From NCBI RefSeq assembly GCF_001194135.2, contig NC_068998.1, positions 3,487,704 to 3,551,703 of the forward strand: 64,000 nucleotides of DNA, read 5' to 3'. Numbering within the stretch: the first letter of the stretch is position 1; each line of letters opens with the position of its first letter. The DNA comes from Octopus bimaculoides. Its lineage: Eukaryota. This document shows, one piece after another, positions 47,024 to 61,990 of this stretch. The notes beneath the pieces are model-generated. The model was not told where the DNA came from, ran no database searches, and saw only the letters and a program-made list of their open reading frames with translations. The position numbers and the translations under genes are program-made.

Positions 47024-47477
47024 TACGCAATGCATACATATATATATAAGCATATATATATGCAAGTATATATATATATATATGTGTATATATATTCAAT
47101 ACACACTGGAAAGGATAAATAATATGTATATATATCATGATATATCTTCATCTGGTTATCTATAACAATCAGGAAATATGAGAGAGAAGAGAGAGAAAGA
47201 GAGGAGTGAGAGAATGTGAGAGAAAACAGATTGGTAGAGAAGCAGAAAGAGAAAGAGACGGAGAGAAGGAAGGAAGAATGAGATTTGAAAAAAAATTCAA
47301 ACGAAAATTAAGTTTGAAAATTTGGAGAAGTCATTTTGGTTTTTTGGTTTTTAAAGTCACTTCTTTTTTTAAAACTTTGATCCCAATTTGACTTGTGAAA
47401 TAATCAATGTCTTTTGTTGTTGTTGTTGTTGTCTGTCTCTCTGTCTGAGAGATAAATGAAGACAACGGTGAAGCAGT

Positions 47478-47612
47478 TCATCTTTGGAAATAGTCGTTGG
47501 CTTTAGGGTATTGTAGGTGTTGGGCTTTCGTAGAAGAGAATTGGTGGGGCACCTGTACATTGTAATATTGTCCATCTTTCGGATAACCAGGTTTGCAGGA
47601 ATCAGGTAAAGT
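47478..47612 (-). CDS. VOPP1/WBP1-like terminal exon ([20 protein letters not shown]...NDYFQR*)
   Basis: ttttgcag acceptor; open in phase 0 to TGA. Confidence 0.7.
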   Translation of the reverse strand, partial: TLPDSCKPGYPKDGQYYNVQVPHQFSSTKAQHLQYPKANDYFQR

Positions 47613-50600
47613 CTGCAAAAGAACAAGCAGAATTACTTACAAAAGAATAGTCACAATATAGTTGTAATCACAGAATAGTTGTAGCTATAATCACATTATA
47701 GTCATATTTATCCTGGTTTGTATCACATGTGCCATTGGATATTGATTCACCAAAGTTTTACACAACTTCATATTTATAATGGCATGTATCTTTATTCCAT
47801 TCTGGAGAAATAGTGGTGCAATGCTATGAAAAAGAGGCTTCAGGTAACAAAATAATGAAGACAGAGAAATCAAATGGATAAATCAGCAGAAAAAAAAAAA
47901 AGAGTGATACATACAGCGTTCATGGCACCATGTGAGTGAATTGTTGTATAAGGAATATCTGTGCGAATTATCAAATAGTTTCTGTTTTGTCTGTATTTCC
48001 AGAAACAACCAAAGAAGAACAGTAAAATGAGGATAATGCCAAAACCGAACCTGGAAGAGAGAGAAAAAAAAGGAGAAACAGTAATTAGAGTAATTAGAGT
48101 ACAGGCATGAGAAGAAGTGAATTAAAGTATGGAAAAAAAAGAAACAATGAAGTGTAAAACTGTTTCATAGTTAAACATATTCAATAAGGGACTTTGATAT
48201 CCTTTCTGTATGAGAGAGGGGGTCTGGGAGATGTATGACTGATCTTCAATAAAAAAAAAAACTATGCTATTACTAAACAAAACAAAAATGACAAAGCTTT
48301 TTCTTTGCAAATTAGGGGTTCACATACACACACATATATAAGAGAGCTGAAATGTTCTGGGGCTAATGGGTAAAAGGAAATACAGGAGGATTTTAGTCAA
48401 CGTATTCCCCTCTTGGGTTCACACATTTATTGCAGTGGTCCTTCAGTTTTTCCAAACCCTGTAAAAGAACTTGAAAGGTTGGGTCTCCAACCAGGCCTTT
48501 CATGATACCCTTAAGGCAAAGAACTTTTCAGCACCCGCCCACCTGTGTGTGTGAGTGTGTGTGTATGTATTAATACTTAGCAGAAGTAACAGAGTGGCTC
48601 AAGGGCTTGTATTACCAAACCTGTACATATATATATATGCATATGTGTGTATGTATGTGCATATACTATAATATATATATAATCAGTATCATTTTACATC
48701 TCCTTTCCAAGCTGGCATAGGTTGGACAGGTCATCATGTTCTGAATTAATGTTTATTCAGAATAACTGTCCACTTAGAAGGTTTGGCAGACCACATCTTG
48801 TTTGTGTGTTTCCTTTTTGGCCGTGTTCCTATAGTGTCTTCGTTGGTAACCTTATTGTTACCAACAACTTTACAGAATGTACTTGATGTAGTTTATCATA
48901 GCACCAGCAGCAAAAAGGTTGCCAATGTTGTCTCTACACATTTCACATACTGCACTGGGTGCATTTCACAAGTGAGGTGGCCTAGTAAACCCATAAAACT
49001 GGAATGCCCTCATTACTCTGTCCCATGAAGCAGTCAATTAAAAGAAGGAATGATGATAAACAAACTAGGACAGGCGAGTGTAGGGAGCAGGAATACGAGA
49101 GCAGAAACAGTGATTGGGTGAAAGTGATAGAATAGTATGTGTGTGTATATATAACACACACGTTTATCATCATCATCATCACCATCATTGTAACATCTAC
49201 TTCTCCAAACTTGCATGGGTCACATGAGATATGTTATCTTAGTTTGCATCACATGTGCCATTGCATGACCAGACATGGTTCCACAGAAGATTGGAAATGA
49301 AGGATACAGCTTACATGACAGTGGCACTCAATGACTATCCAACAATGTCAAAGCACGGAGGCATTAACACACACACAGATATACACATACATATTTATGT
49401 ACACACACACACACACACACATAGAAATTTCCTTCAATTTCCATTAACTAAATCCATTCACAAGGCTTTGGTCAACCAGGAATCCTAGAAGAAAATACAT
49501 GCCCAAAGTGCCACACAGTGGTACTGAACCCACAAACTTGGGTAGCAAACTAAGCTTCTTACCATCCAACCTATACACACACACACTCATTCTAAATAAT
49601 CTTATTTAAAAAAAAAAGGCTACATTCAAACGAGCTGGGTTACATAATTCGTTAAGAGGTTTTATCTCTCTACATTATACAAATGTCTTTTTTTTTTTTT
49701 TTTTNNNNNNNNNNNNNNNNNNNNNNNNNNNNNNNNNNNNNNNNNNNNNNNNNNNNNNNNNNNNNNNNNNNNNNNNNNNNNNNNNNNNNNNNNNNNNNNN
49801 NNNNNNNNNNNNNNNNNNNNNNNNNNNNNNNNNNNNNNNNNNNNNNNNNNNNNNNNNNNNNNNNNNNNNNNNNNNNNNNNNNNNNNNNNNNNNNNNNNNN
49901 NNNNNNNNNNNNNNNNNNNNNNNNNNNNNNNNNNNNNNNNNNNNNNNNNNNNNNNNNNNNNNNNNNNNNNNNNNNNNNNNNNNNNNNNNNNNNNNNNNNN
50001 NNNNNNNNNNNNNNNNNNNNNNNNNNNNNNNNNNNNNNNNNNNNNNNNNNNNNNNNNNNNNNNNNNNNNNNNNNNNNNNNNNNNGGGGGGGGTTCACATG
50101 CATTTGTGTGCATATGAGACCTTGCTACTTTCATCAGGTTTCTTCACGTCAGACTGTAGGTATGTGTGTGTGTGTAATTATGCATATGCATGTGTGTGTG
50201 ACATACAGGTATTTCTGATCAGGTTTCCTTAATTATTAACCCCCTCCACACACACACACCTTAACAGCAAATCCACGCAATTACTAGACATCAAAATACC
50301 ATTGAGCTGTTGATGTTATTAATTGGTATCTCTTATTCTCTTTTTCATAAAAAAAGAAATGTGACTCCTTGAGGCACACCTGAATTCTACTCATATAAGG
50401 ACATAGCAATAAAGGAGGCTTCAGAAAGTCATACAACCTGCTAGAAATAGCAACCAAATTTCCCTCATTATTTTCTGCCATCTTAGACGAGGAAGTGCAC
50501 AGTGAATGATGAGGTAGTCCCTGATACATCAAGGGATGATTACCACTTGCTAAGTAGTTCAAACAAGGGCACACAACCCCAGGAGTTCAAGGACTCCTCC

Positions 50601-53600
50601 AAGTGCCTTGTGTTGCTGACAGTAAGGAAGCTTTCTCCACATGTAAACGACCAGCCAGAAGGGTGTGTAACCTGCTTCAAAGTATCTAACAATCATGTAG
50701 TTAAAAGCTGACAAAGCTTGCCTTCTTCTGGGCAAGTGTAGAGAAAATTTGTCTCTGTAGAGGTGAGTCATGGACTATGAAGAATGAGCTGCAAGATTGC
50801 CTTGATGGTGGTAGCTACACCACGCTTCTTGTGCGGGCCCAAAACTTCTCATGTCCTGGGGTCAATTTCTTTTACTAAAGGCAGTGCTCCAGCATGGCCA
50901 GTCAAATGACTGAAACTTGTAAAAAAAAATATATGTGTGTGTGTGTGTGTTCTTTTACTCATGATTGTAGCCATGCTGGAGCACTGCCTTGAAGGGTTTT
51001 TAGTGGGGGTATAAACACACATACATACACACAACAGGCTTCCACACAGTTTCCGTCTTCCACACCCAAATAGAGACCAAAGACTGCCCAGCAACAGAGC
51101 TGTTATTAGCAAAGATACACAACGTGAAAGTGAAGATCTACCAAAATTTAAATGGGGAACAGAGACTCCTGGTGCAGCTTTGTGAGACACATCTTGGCTG
51201 CAGCCATTTGAATGAGGACATGGTTACTGTTGGAGCACCCTATGATCAGGTGCCTAAGGTTAAACAACTACAACACAACAAGAACAGTTGTAGTAAAATT
51301 AACAATAAAAGAAAGGGGACAAAAAAAAGAAAAACGAAACCAGAGTCTGATAAAAACAGTGATAGTCTGCAACAACAGAGAACAGTGAATAGACATATTG
51401 TTGATGGGTGGTGGTGGTGGTGGTGGTGAGGGGGAGAGGTGAAACCTGACATTTCAAACAGAGGAACCAGTCTTTAAAAACAGGCAAAGATTGAGTTCAA
51501 CAGCAAAATTTACTTTCTTCGTGAAACACAAACTTACTTTTTTTTTATTTTACGATTTTGTTTATTCTGAAATTCCTGTGGGTGAAGAAAACTCTCGTTT
51601 CAAAAGGCAACCTCAAAGGGGTGGGTGTAACTATCTCCGTTGTGGTTTAGCCCCAGGTCAGGCCTGGCTGAGTAAACCTATGGCGAAATGTGCTAAAGCT
51701 GTGATCATCCCACCTTTGTTTGAAATCTACTGGACACAGGACCCCGTTTTCCTGATTACATGTTTTCTCCCCTTTATAAGAAGACCGTAGGGTGAGGTTT
51801 AAAGGAGACTTAGCTGCTATTTCTGGAAGTCTGAATCTTTCCTGCTACTGGGATCATTGCTAGGGACAAAGTATAATCTTTACAAATATCGGTTTCAAAT
51901 TTTGGCACAAGACCACAAGTTCAAGGGAAGAGGGGGTAAGTCTATTACATCGACCCCCCCCCCTCCCAGTGCTCAACTGGTACTTATTTTATCGACCCCG
52001 AAAGGATGAAAGGCAAAGTCGACCTCGGCGGAATTTGAACACAGAATATTACAACAAACAAAATACCACTTAGCATTTTGCCTGGCATGCCAACGGTCCT
52101 GCCAGTTTGCCGCCTTACAACTCTTTACAAATATTAGAAACGTATTCTGGAAACCCATAGTAATATACACAACTGGATGTGGTGGTGATGATGATGATGA
52201 TGGTGATGACGGTGGTGGTGGTGGTGGTGACATTAATGGCTGGCTTGAAACAGATTTACACATACAGAACACATTTGTATATATTTGCCAATGCTTATGG
52301 GTTTTTGAGCTTCTGTAAATTTCCTGTTTGTCTACACAGGCTTACACACGTAAGTACATCGTAAGATAATCATTTAATGATCATAGCTCATTAATACAAT
52401 TAGCTGTTTAATTTACAGATCACAGAAGGGGGTTAGGGGGCGGGGGCTGGATAAGGAAATCAAACCAGCGGGTTAATGAATACTGTTCATAGAATACATT
52501 CAAAAATGTTCTTGTTTAGCCCTAGGTCAGCCCCAATCTGACAGGCTTATGATCAAAAAGATTCCAGCTATGACCATTATATCTTTCATTCAAGCATAAT
52601 ACATCTCAGCCTACATTATCCAATAAATCCTTTGTAAAAAATAAAATGGAAGGAGGTGTAACTTGAGGGAGATTTGGCTGTTATTTCTAGCAAGTATATG
52701 GAAACAAACTAGGCCTGTCTACTTAAAAGTCTAATGGGAGTTGACATAATTTCTAGATATATTCATAGGAGGAGCCGAACTGAAGCTTACAAAACTTCAG
52801 TTTTACAGCAGTTAATTGCCCAACCATGTGGTGTCTATTTACAATGAGAGAATCTCGGTCAAGACCTAATTGTGCTGCTCAATATAACCTCAACTCTTTA
52901 GCATTCAGATTTGTTAAATGTAATGTTTATTTAATTCACATTGTTTTGAAATAATCATGGATTATCTCATTGTAGCTTCCAGATTTCAATGCCATGCTTT
53001 TATATTTTTAGAATGACATTGTAGGGTAGGTGTGAGAGGTTGGATCTGGTCTGTTTTAACATAAAACAGTCGGAATACTTGGGCCGGATATGGCTGGATT
53101 AAATGCTAAAAAGGTTAAGCAATACTGGTTTGAGCTAATAAGAGGAAAATAATAAGCCAATTAGCTTGCTGGCAATGGAAAGAAAACAATGTTGTCCTTC
53201 AAGTAAGTTAATCTTTTAATACCATGTAAACAACAAGAAAATCGCTTTGCTACGGCTAAACACAAAATAACAGATGGAACAATATATAAGGAGGGGGGGG
53301 GGTCAAAGTAATAAATCTGAAAGCAAATGATGTAGAAACCCAAACCTTGTAATGTTACATTAAAAGGCATAATTTATATATGTAGACACACACACACACA
53401 CATCATTTAACTGTTTCAGTCCTTAGAGTGTGGCCACGCTGAGACACTGAGCTATGGTGACATTCTTTTTGGTATTTCCTTTTAATAAATCATCCACGAG
53501 CTCTGCACTTTAGAGTTCCTCTGGAATAAAACAGAAGACCCTTACGGGGAAAATAAGTAAGTGTTGGTGACTGACAGGAAGTGCATCAAGCTGTAAAATG

Positions 53601-55674
53601 CATGCCACAATTTCCTTCTGTCTAATCCATGAGCAAACGGTGGCTCGGTTGGCAGATCATGAGATGTTTACGTTCGTGGTAGACGCTGGAAGAATAAACA
53701 CTTGAAGAGGGACAAAGACAAGGCAAAGTGATTGTGAATGTGGGTATGTTTATCAAGGGGTTAATTTTATTTTGAGTATAGTCTCTAGCACACTTAAGTC
53801 TATGGAACAGATGACTCATCATAGATGCGTATTGTTGCTTACCATCCACCTTTCTCTCTCTCTTCTCCAACATCTTCCTTTTCCATAAGGGATACTTCAC
53901 AACAAATTAGATGCTGTGCGCTTAACACTAGACAATCTGCTCTCATCATGGCAACATCAGCATCTTCACTTGATCTGATATCGCATCTGGCTCCTCTAAA
54001 AATGTCATCAAAAACAAACACTGGAGTCCTATTTACCCATCTGGGATATAGCTGTTTTTCTCTCACAAACACACATCATAGATTCACATTTGCCACAAGG
54101 ATGGAGAAGGGCAGGCCTGCTCTTGAAATGAGTGATATGAGCATTTTGAAATGAGGGCAGACAAATTACAATGTTACATAACACTTGGATGCGTTTAAAA
54201 CTTTTGCACAACACTGTGGTGAAGAAAATGGAATTATAAGGATACAAACTATTTCAAACGCCTTTAGGCTAGGAGACAGGCCTGAAGCAGACCTGGTGTA
54301 AAGATGGTATGTTATTGATGAGATCTTGGACAAACCTAACTGATTGATTAAAACAGTCAAATCAATCAATTAGTGAATTGGTTAAATGTTAGCAAATTCA
54401 CTTATGATAATCGTTTCAAATTTTGGCACAAGGCCAGCATTTTTGTGGGCATGATTAAATTGATTGCATCGACCTCAGTACTCATCTGGTACTGATTTTA
54501 TCAGCCCTGAAAGGATGAAAGGCAAAGCTGACCTCAGCAGAATTTGAACTCAGAATGTAAAAACAGATGAAATGCCACAAAGCATTTTGCCCAGCATGTT
54601 AACAATTCTGCTAACTTGCCACCATAAACTGACTAATAGTTACGAAAAAAAAGGAAATAGAACCAGTGCATGTGTTTATTATTGGCATAATGACCCTCCC
54701 AAGAGACAACAAAATCAGTTTCAACACAGACGTTCACATTAAGAATCTTGCAAACCAAATACAAAAACAAGACAAACTATTTTGTTTTCTCATTAATAAA
54801 AGTAGGATGGAATGGGACAGAAAACTTTCCATAATATTGGGGTGGAATGTGGGTGATGGCACCTTTCAGTCTGATAAGCGCTGTTCGAAACAATGCCATT
54901 TGAGTACACACTAGAATACTATTCACCCGCTTACAATGCAGTTGTCACTGATATAAATAGGAACACTCTAAAGGATCTTTGATTACACACCAGGGTACTG
55001 TTCACCCACCTATGATGTAATCGTAGCTGCTACTCACAGGAACACCCTAAAGAAGGCTAGTCTATTGATCAGCAATAATTTGTTAATACATTACAACCTA
55101 TATAGCCCACAGGTACAAAGTCTCTTCGGTTTGCTTATTGACGTTATTTGTTTGAAATTCAGGAGTTAGCTGAAGGGCCACAATTTTCAGGCCAAACCCA
55201 GCTCGGAAGACAGATTTAAGTGTGTCACCTCTCTACCATTGATAAGATAGTAGTGGCAATGGAGTAGAACAACTTATTCAAAACCTAAAACCATATTTTG
55301 TAGGTTAGGTTCTAGGTCACAAACTGGCATTAGATTAGCGACACCTGTCATAGGTCTGTCTGATAAGAGCCTACAGAGCTTATCTATCTGACAATAAAAT
55401 TCATGATCCCACTCACTGAAGGGGTTACACACACACACACAGTGAATAAAAATGGATAGGAAGTTGTATTTTTTTCACTGTGTGACATGTGTAGCATGTA
55501 TTATTACAGAAACTGGAGTCGCAAAGTATCTTACAATCATTCAACAAGTAAATATTGCACTGATTGGTCTACTGATAGGATAATGGATTGAGAATATTTA
55601 TCAGTATTCCCCATGAATAACCTGCTAGCTAAAAACATGCTCATGCGCTACAGAGTTGATATCACCCACTAATT

Positions 55675-55733
<59 letters not shown>

Positions 55734-58700
55734 GAATTTGACCTCCACGACCTACCCCACGGTTTGTAGTCTTGCAAACTGTATGGCAACCTCAATACTG
55801 CAGGTAGCATGGAAAAAAAACATCCAGTACACACTATAAAGAGGTTGGCATTAGGAAAGGTGAAGGTGGAAGAGGTGAGTTATCTTCAGACTTGAAACCT
55901 GGTCTAAATGCTTGCAATAAATGGAGTCTGCTCAAGGGTATCACTGAAGGGCCAGGTGGTAGTGTGTGACCCTTTAACATTCAGAATCTCGTGTCTTCAA
56001 GAGTTCAATGATGATTATTTTTAGAATGACATTGTAGGGTATGTGTGAGAGGCCAGATCTGGCCAGTTTGAACATAAAACCAGTAAAATATTTATGCCCG
56101 ATGGGGGCCAGTTTAAACGCTAAAGGGTGAAATGGTAGCAGATTAAATCTGCCCCATCCCAAGAACAGAAATGATGCCTCAAATGTGCTTTCACACAGTT
56201 TCTGTCATCTAATATTGCCTTCACTTACAAAGCTTTGGTCGACCCAAGTCTACAGAAGAAGTCACCCACTCAAAGTACCCCACAAGGTGGGTTCACATTT
56301 GAAACTTTGCCGTAATGTAGCAAATTTCTTTAAACACTGGACAGCCAAAAGGTTATGGTAATAATAGGTACGTGGTGGTGGTGGAGAGGGTGGCTGCAGG
56401 GGAGGCGGGGGCTACGAAAAATGGATATGAGAGAAGATGTTTAATTGATTGCTGAAATCAATAACACGACACAATAATGATTAGAGATTATTAAGGAAAG
56501 ACAAGAAATCAATGCATCAAAGAATGGAAGATTATGTGAAGGAACCAATGAGATATATGATGATGATGATGATGATAGGAAATAAAAAACAGAAGGAGGG
56601 GTTGAGTGGTGAGGAGAGAAAGCAAAAAAAAAAGAAAAAAAGAAAAAGGAGGAGAACGTGAAAAAGAAGGGGAATGAGAAAAAGAAAAAAATGAATAAAT
56701 GATGATAGATATAACTGCAAATTCAATCAAAGACATTTTCAAAGAGTTGTCGCCATAGTAACATATGCCAAGTTAAGAATTGTCTAATTGAGTTAAGATG
56801 GTATAAATGCCAAGACTAAGAGATTAAATTAAAGATATAGATTAGTGTCTATTGATCATAAATGAGTATATAACATGTAGAGGGTCGGGGGATGAAGTGG
56901 TCTCTCACACATGCACACACCTAGCTTGGAGTGCATTCGTAGTTGTAACCATAAGCAATAAGAGGTTGCATATACAGTCAAGGTTATCCTATTTAAGATA
57001 TGCTGAAACAAATCATAAAAGCCTCCATGGATACATAACAAAAGAATTAACTTATCTCTTGTCTTATATCAATATCCACAAGCAAAATGAGTTGTACCTG
57101 TATTTCAAAGGGCCAGCCTTGTCACACTGTGTTACGCTGAGTATCCCCGAGAACTAGGTTAAGGGTACACGTGTCTGTGGAGTGCTCAGCCACTTGCATG
57201 TCAATTTCATGAACAGGCTGTTCCATTGATCGGATCAACTGGAACAATCATTATTGTAACCAACGGAGTGCCAGTTTAGCTTGTGTACTCAGCGGAAGTA
57301 ATTTAGACACAAAAGGTAGCTAATAATGAAGAGCTCTTTAGTTTTGCAACTAGCCCAGAAGAAACCAGATGAAGTCCTGTTTTATGGAGGTGAAGGGTAA
57401 CAAATTTACTTTTACTGACATTCTCGATAGCAAGAAAGCAGGTTCTTAAGAAACCAAACTTGTAGCTGGGGAGCAGAGTGTGAGGCTGGAGGTGATAAAA
57501 GGAAATGGCTGTTCTTATCACTGTTTCAACCAACTTTGGGATATTCAAAGAAAGAGTAACAGGATGGCAGTTGACAGGGTCAACAAGCAATATAATATTT
57601 GTTCATTGACCGATTTTAAATTTATAATTTGTAGGTTAGTTGCACAAACTTCCAGATTTTTTTTTTTTTACACTGAAATTATAGCAAATGATAATGTTGC
57701 TTCCAAATAGTGCAAAAAAAAAAAAAAAGGGTAATTTATGTAGCAAAAACAGCTCAAATTTTTGTTGTTCTTCATTACAATTTCCAAACAACATGGTACT
57801 CTGTGTAATCTGGCCTTACACTTGATGCTATTTTTCTATCTCTAACCTACTTTTCATCTATTTCTGTATATACACACATCTCCACCCAACACAAAGTCTC
57901 TCTGCCCAGTCTGTTTGTCTCTCTGTTTCAGTTTTTCTACAAAAATATAACCAAAATGAAAATTAAAACTGATTTATATTAATGCACCGTTGTTTCATTC
58001 CTCACCACAAAATTTTCCCAGTTTTTTTCTTTTTTAATGGTTTCTGCATCAAAGTCGTTAACATGATCTTTATTATTCTTTTATTTGTTTCAGTCATTTG
58101 ACTGTGGCCATGCCGGAGCACCGCCTTTAGTTGAACAAATCGACCCCCAGGACTTATTTTTTGTAAGCCTAGTGCTTATTCTATCATTCTCTTTTGCCAA
58201 ACCACTAAGTTACAGGGATGTAAACACACCAACATTGGTTGTCAAGTGATGGTGGCGGGGTAGATACACACAAACACACACATATAAAGAGATATATACG
58301 ATGGGTTTCTTTCAGTTTCTGTCTACCAAATCCATTCACTTTACATAGTGCACTGAGAGCTTTTTTACATGGCACCAGCATGGGTGCTTCATATGTGGCA
58401 CTAACACAGGTGGTTTTTATGTAACACTGGCACAATTCCACCAATCCACTGCTCCGAATAGGTTTTTTATTTAATCAACTTCAAAATAATAGATACAAAG
58501 AACAAAACAATAACTGCATATTCTAATGACTCTGCCAACTGGTTGACTGTATAAAAATTTTAACATTAACTTAACGCATAAATAAAGTTAACCCTATAAT
58601 CTACAGAATCGTTATTGATTTTTGCCCATGTTAGTCTGTGTTGAGTTCTGTATTTTCTGACAGTGAGATTCAAAGTTTATAGATCAAATCAACATCATCA

Positions 58701-61700
58701 TTGATTTAATATCCACTTTTCCATGCTTGCAAGAGTCAGAAGGAATCCTTCGAAGATCTTCTACAGCCCTTTACTTGTTTCAGTCATTAGACTGCAGTAA
58801 CACCTTGAAGGATTTTTAGTCAACTGAATCAACCCCACGGGCTTCTTACCATTTCTGTCTACCCGATCTACTCACAAGGCTTTGGTTGGCCCAAGACTAT
58901 AGCAGAAAACACTTGTCTAAAGTGCCATGAAGTGAGACTGAACTCAGAACAATGTGGTCGGGAAGCAAACTTCTTACCACACAGCCATGCCTGACCCCTT
59001 CCTGTTGCCAACCCTTGCCTGCTTCCAAGCAAAGTAATATTCCCCCATGAACAAACAAGCTCTCATGGAATAATGGAAATGAGTGATACTGCCTGTATGA
59101 CAGGGATACTCACTTACAGCCACCACACAACATCAACACACACACAAATACACAGACACCATGGTGGATAGTTTCATTTGTCTATTTTTGTTTTAAACAG
59201 CTTGGTGTGAATTAAATACATATATTTTAAGCACCACACAGTGCCAATTAGGAGGAGGACTGAAATTCCACTAATTAAAAAGTCTTTAGCTATGATAGTA
59301 AATTATTATGAGAAAATAAAAATACATTCCTTTTATGCTTTTGATATGCAGAAAAAAAAGATTGGAAGAAGAGATTAGATAAGACTTCTGTGAGAAAGAA
59401 TCAACAAAAATTGCCATACATTTGTTTTGTTTTTTTTTCACATCAAAAGCAAGACGGGAATATTGTTATTTTCTTACACACACACACACACACACTTGAA
59501 TTTAGAAACAAGGAAAAAATGTTGAAGTTAATCTGTTTAGTAGAGGTTGTTTATTTGAAGCTGGGGCTTGCATCCATTGCTATTTAGAGTATTGAGCTCC
59601 CTTTTTTCACAGCAACTGAAGTTTAAATCAGTTGCTGTGAGAAACAGAAATCAAACTCAAAGTAACAATAGAAAATGGTGTATTGTGTGTGTGTAGAGAG
59701 AGAGAGGGCGGGGGGGGGGAGAGTTGTTTGTGTTTGTTTTTAAAGCAATAAGCATTTAAACTATATTACCAGAAGTACCAGAGTTCCCAAACTTTGTAAG
59801 ATTTGCAGCAAATATTGTAACCACAGCAATATTCATCATCACCACACCTGAAAGAGAGAAAGAGAGGATTAACATACCAATCTGAGAAGATTACATATTT
59901 GGATAACACCGTTATAACTAGCATCATCACCATCATCATTATTGTTGTTGTTGTTGTACTGTTGTTTTGTTTAGCCCTAGGCAACACTGCTGAAACAGAT
60001 GTGTGATCAAAGGTGTCCCAAGCATGACTATCATCATCAAGATTTAACATCCATTTTCCAAGCTGGCATGGATGGCTTGACATGAACTGGCAAGGCCAGG
60101 GGTCACACCAGGTTCCAGAGTCTGTTTTGGCTTGGTTTCTACAGCTGGATGCCCTTCCCAACACCAACCACTTTACAGTTGTCAAGTGATGGTAACCCAC
60201 ACACACATGATGGGCTTCTTTCAGTTTTCATCTGCCAAATCCACTCACAAGATTTTGATTGGCCTGAGGCTATAGTAGAAGACACTTGCCCAAGGTGCCA
60301 TGCAGTGGGGATGAACCTGGAACCATGTGGTTGCTAAGCAAACTTCTTACTACATGGCCACACCTGCACTTATATGTTTCAATGAATTTTAACAGCAAAA
60401 GTTGAGTTGATGAGGGAACTGACTGCTATTCCTAGCATGTTGAGTGACACCAGTAAACACAGTCACAAACACTGACTCTGAACCAGTAAAGCAATAATCA
60501 AAGAAAGGCATTCCAACCATCACCTGCCCACCTTTTATTTTTGTGGCATAGTGTACCCCAGACTACATTATCATATGTGTCCTAAAAAAAAAAGATTCTG
60601 GTGGACACAAGGGAGATTTGGCTTAACAACAACAACAACAAGAAAAGGAAATGGTCAAGTTTAGAACATGGGATGGTGACAACAGGAATACTTTTTATAA
60701 AAAAAAAAGACTGAGTGGTCATAATCGAAACATTAAAAAAAAAAAAAGAGCAGATTGTCACAGTTGAACGATCTTAAAAAGAAAAAAATGAGATGGTCAT
60801 TGTTGAAATACTTTTCAAAGAGTTCTCCCCCCAAAAAAGGCTGTGGCATTTTTAATCTCTGTATTCAATAGTGATATCAAAAAGACCAATGAAAAGATAG
60901 CAGTCTGAATGTGATTGTGTGGAAACAGCCAATGAGAAATTAGTGTTCTATGTGGTGTATAACTAAAATAAAAACACTCAGTTTTTACCCAAACAAATGC
61001 AATGACATCATCGCATTATCTCAGTTGTTGAGCTTTATTCATATCCTGTTTGGAAAATATGTAAACTGTTGTTAGTAAATAATACAAAGGGGAGTGGAAA
61101 ACCAAGAAAGTAAATATGAAAACTAGCACCTCTGTGAATCAAGTCTATAAATTTATAAAAAGAAGTACACATATTTGGTACACCTTTATATAAGCTGCAC
61201 TCTAAATTTTCCAGGTAAAAAATAGCAGCTTATACACTGTAAAATGCGGTATTTGTAGAGGCAGAGGCAAGTTTGCTCGCTGGTTGTTAGTTGATAGTGT
61301 AGAAGTGGTTGTCCGCCAGTAGGGGGGAGAAAGAATAAGGAATGCACAGTGCTGACTAGAAAGAAAGAAAGGATAAAAGTGGCATTGTCTTCGCTCGACA
61401 TATGAATAGAACAGAGTGGTGACATTTAGTAGAAATGACCCAGAAGTTGACCCGGAAAGCAGTAGCTTTCTTCAACTGAATACACATCGTTGATTGGTTA
61501 AAATTACCTAAATACAACAACTTTAACATGAAATAATTACTAAAATACAAAATCTTATCAAAAATGTTCAAAGTAAACCATGTTCTGCAGGAGAAATTCC
61601 ACCAGTATACAAAGTTTCAAACTGTTTGACATGGGTTGGATTGTTTCACAGAAGCTGGCAAACTGGAGGGCTGCACCAGGCTTCAGTTATCTGTTTTGGC

Positions 61701-61954
61701 ATGGTTTCTATGGATACCCTTCCTAACACCAATCACTGTACAGATATTATATATATAAGTAGTATTGACCAGGTGCCGAAACCATAGTGATATCTGCTTC
61801 ACAGCTGATGATGGCTATACATACTTGTTATGCTTATTTGTCAACTTTTGCATGTTTGTGGATCTGTGGTCTGTGGAAATTACTTACATTGGTATTGAAT
61901 GTTTTCTTTATTAAGCTTAGATAATGCTTAGAAATTTTTGTGTAGTTCTGTGGC

Positions 61955-61990
<36 letters not shown>

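Noticed and set aside
47755-47823. Possible extra exon (HCTTISPEW...) in the VOPP1-like gene
   Set aside because: Hits a stop without a good donor; direct splicing 47915 to 47612 is in phase with a stronger acceptor.
53622-54154. Overlapping 77-109 aa ORFs as a nested gene in the VOPP1-like intron
   Set aside because: No recognisable domain, no convincing splice-site chain, and ORFs on both strands are of chance length.
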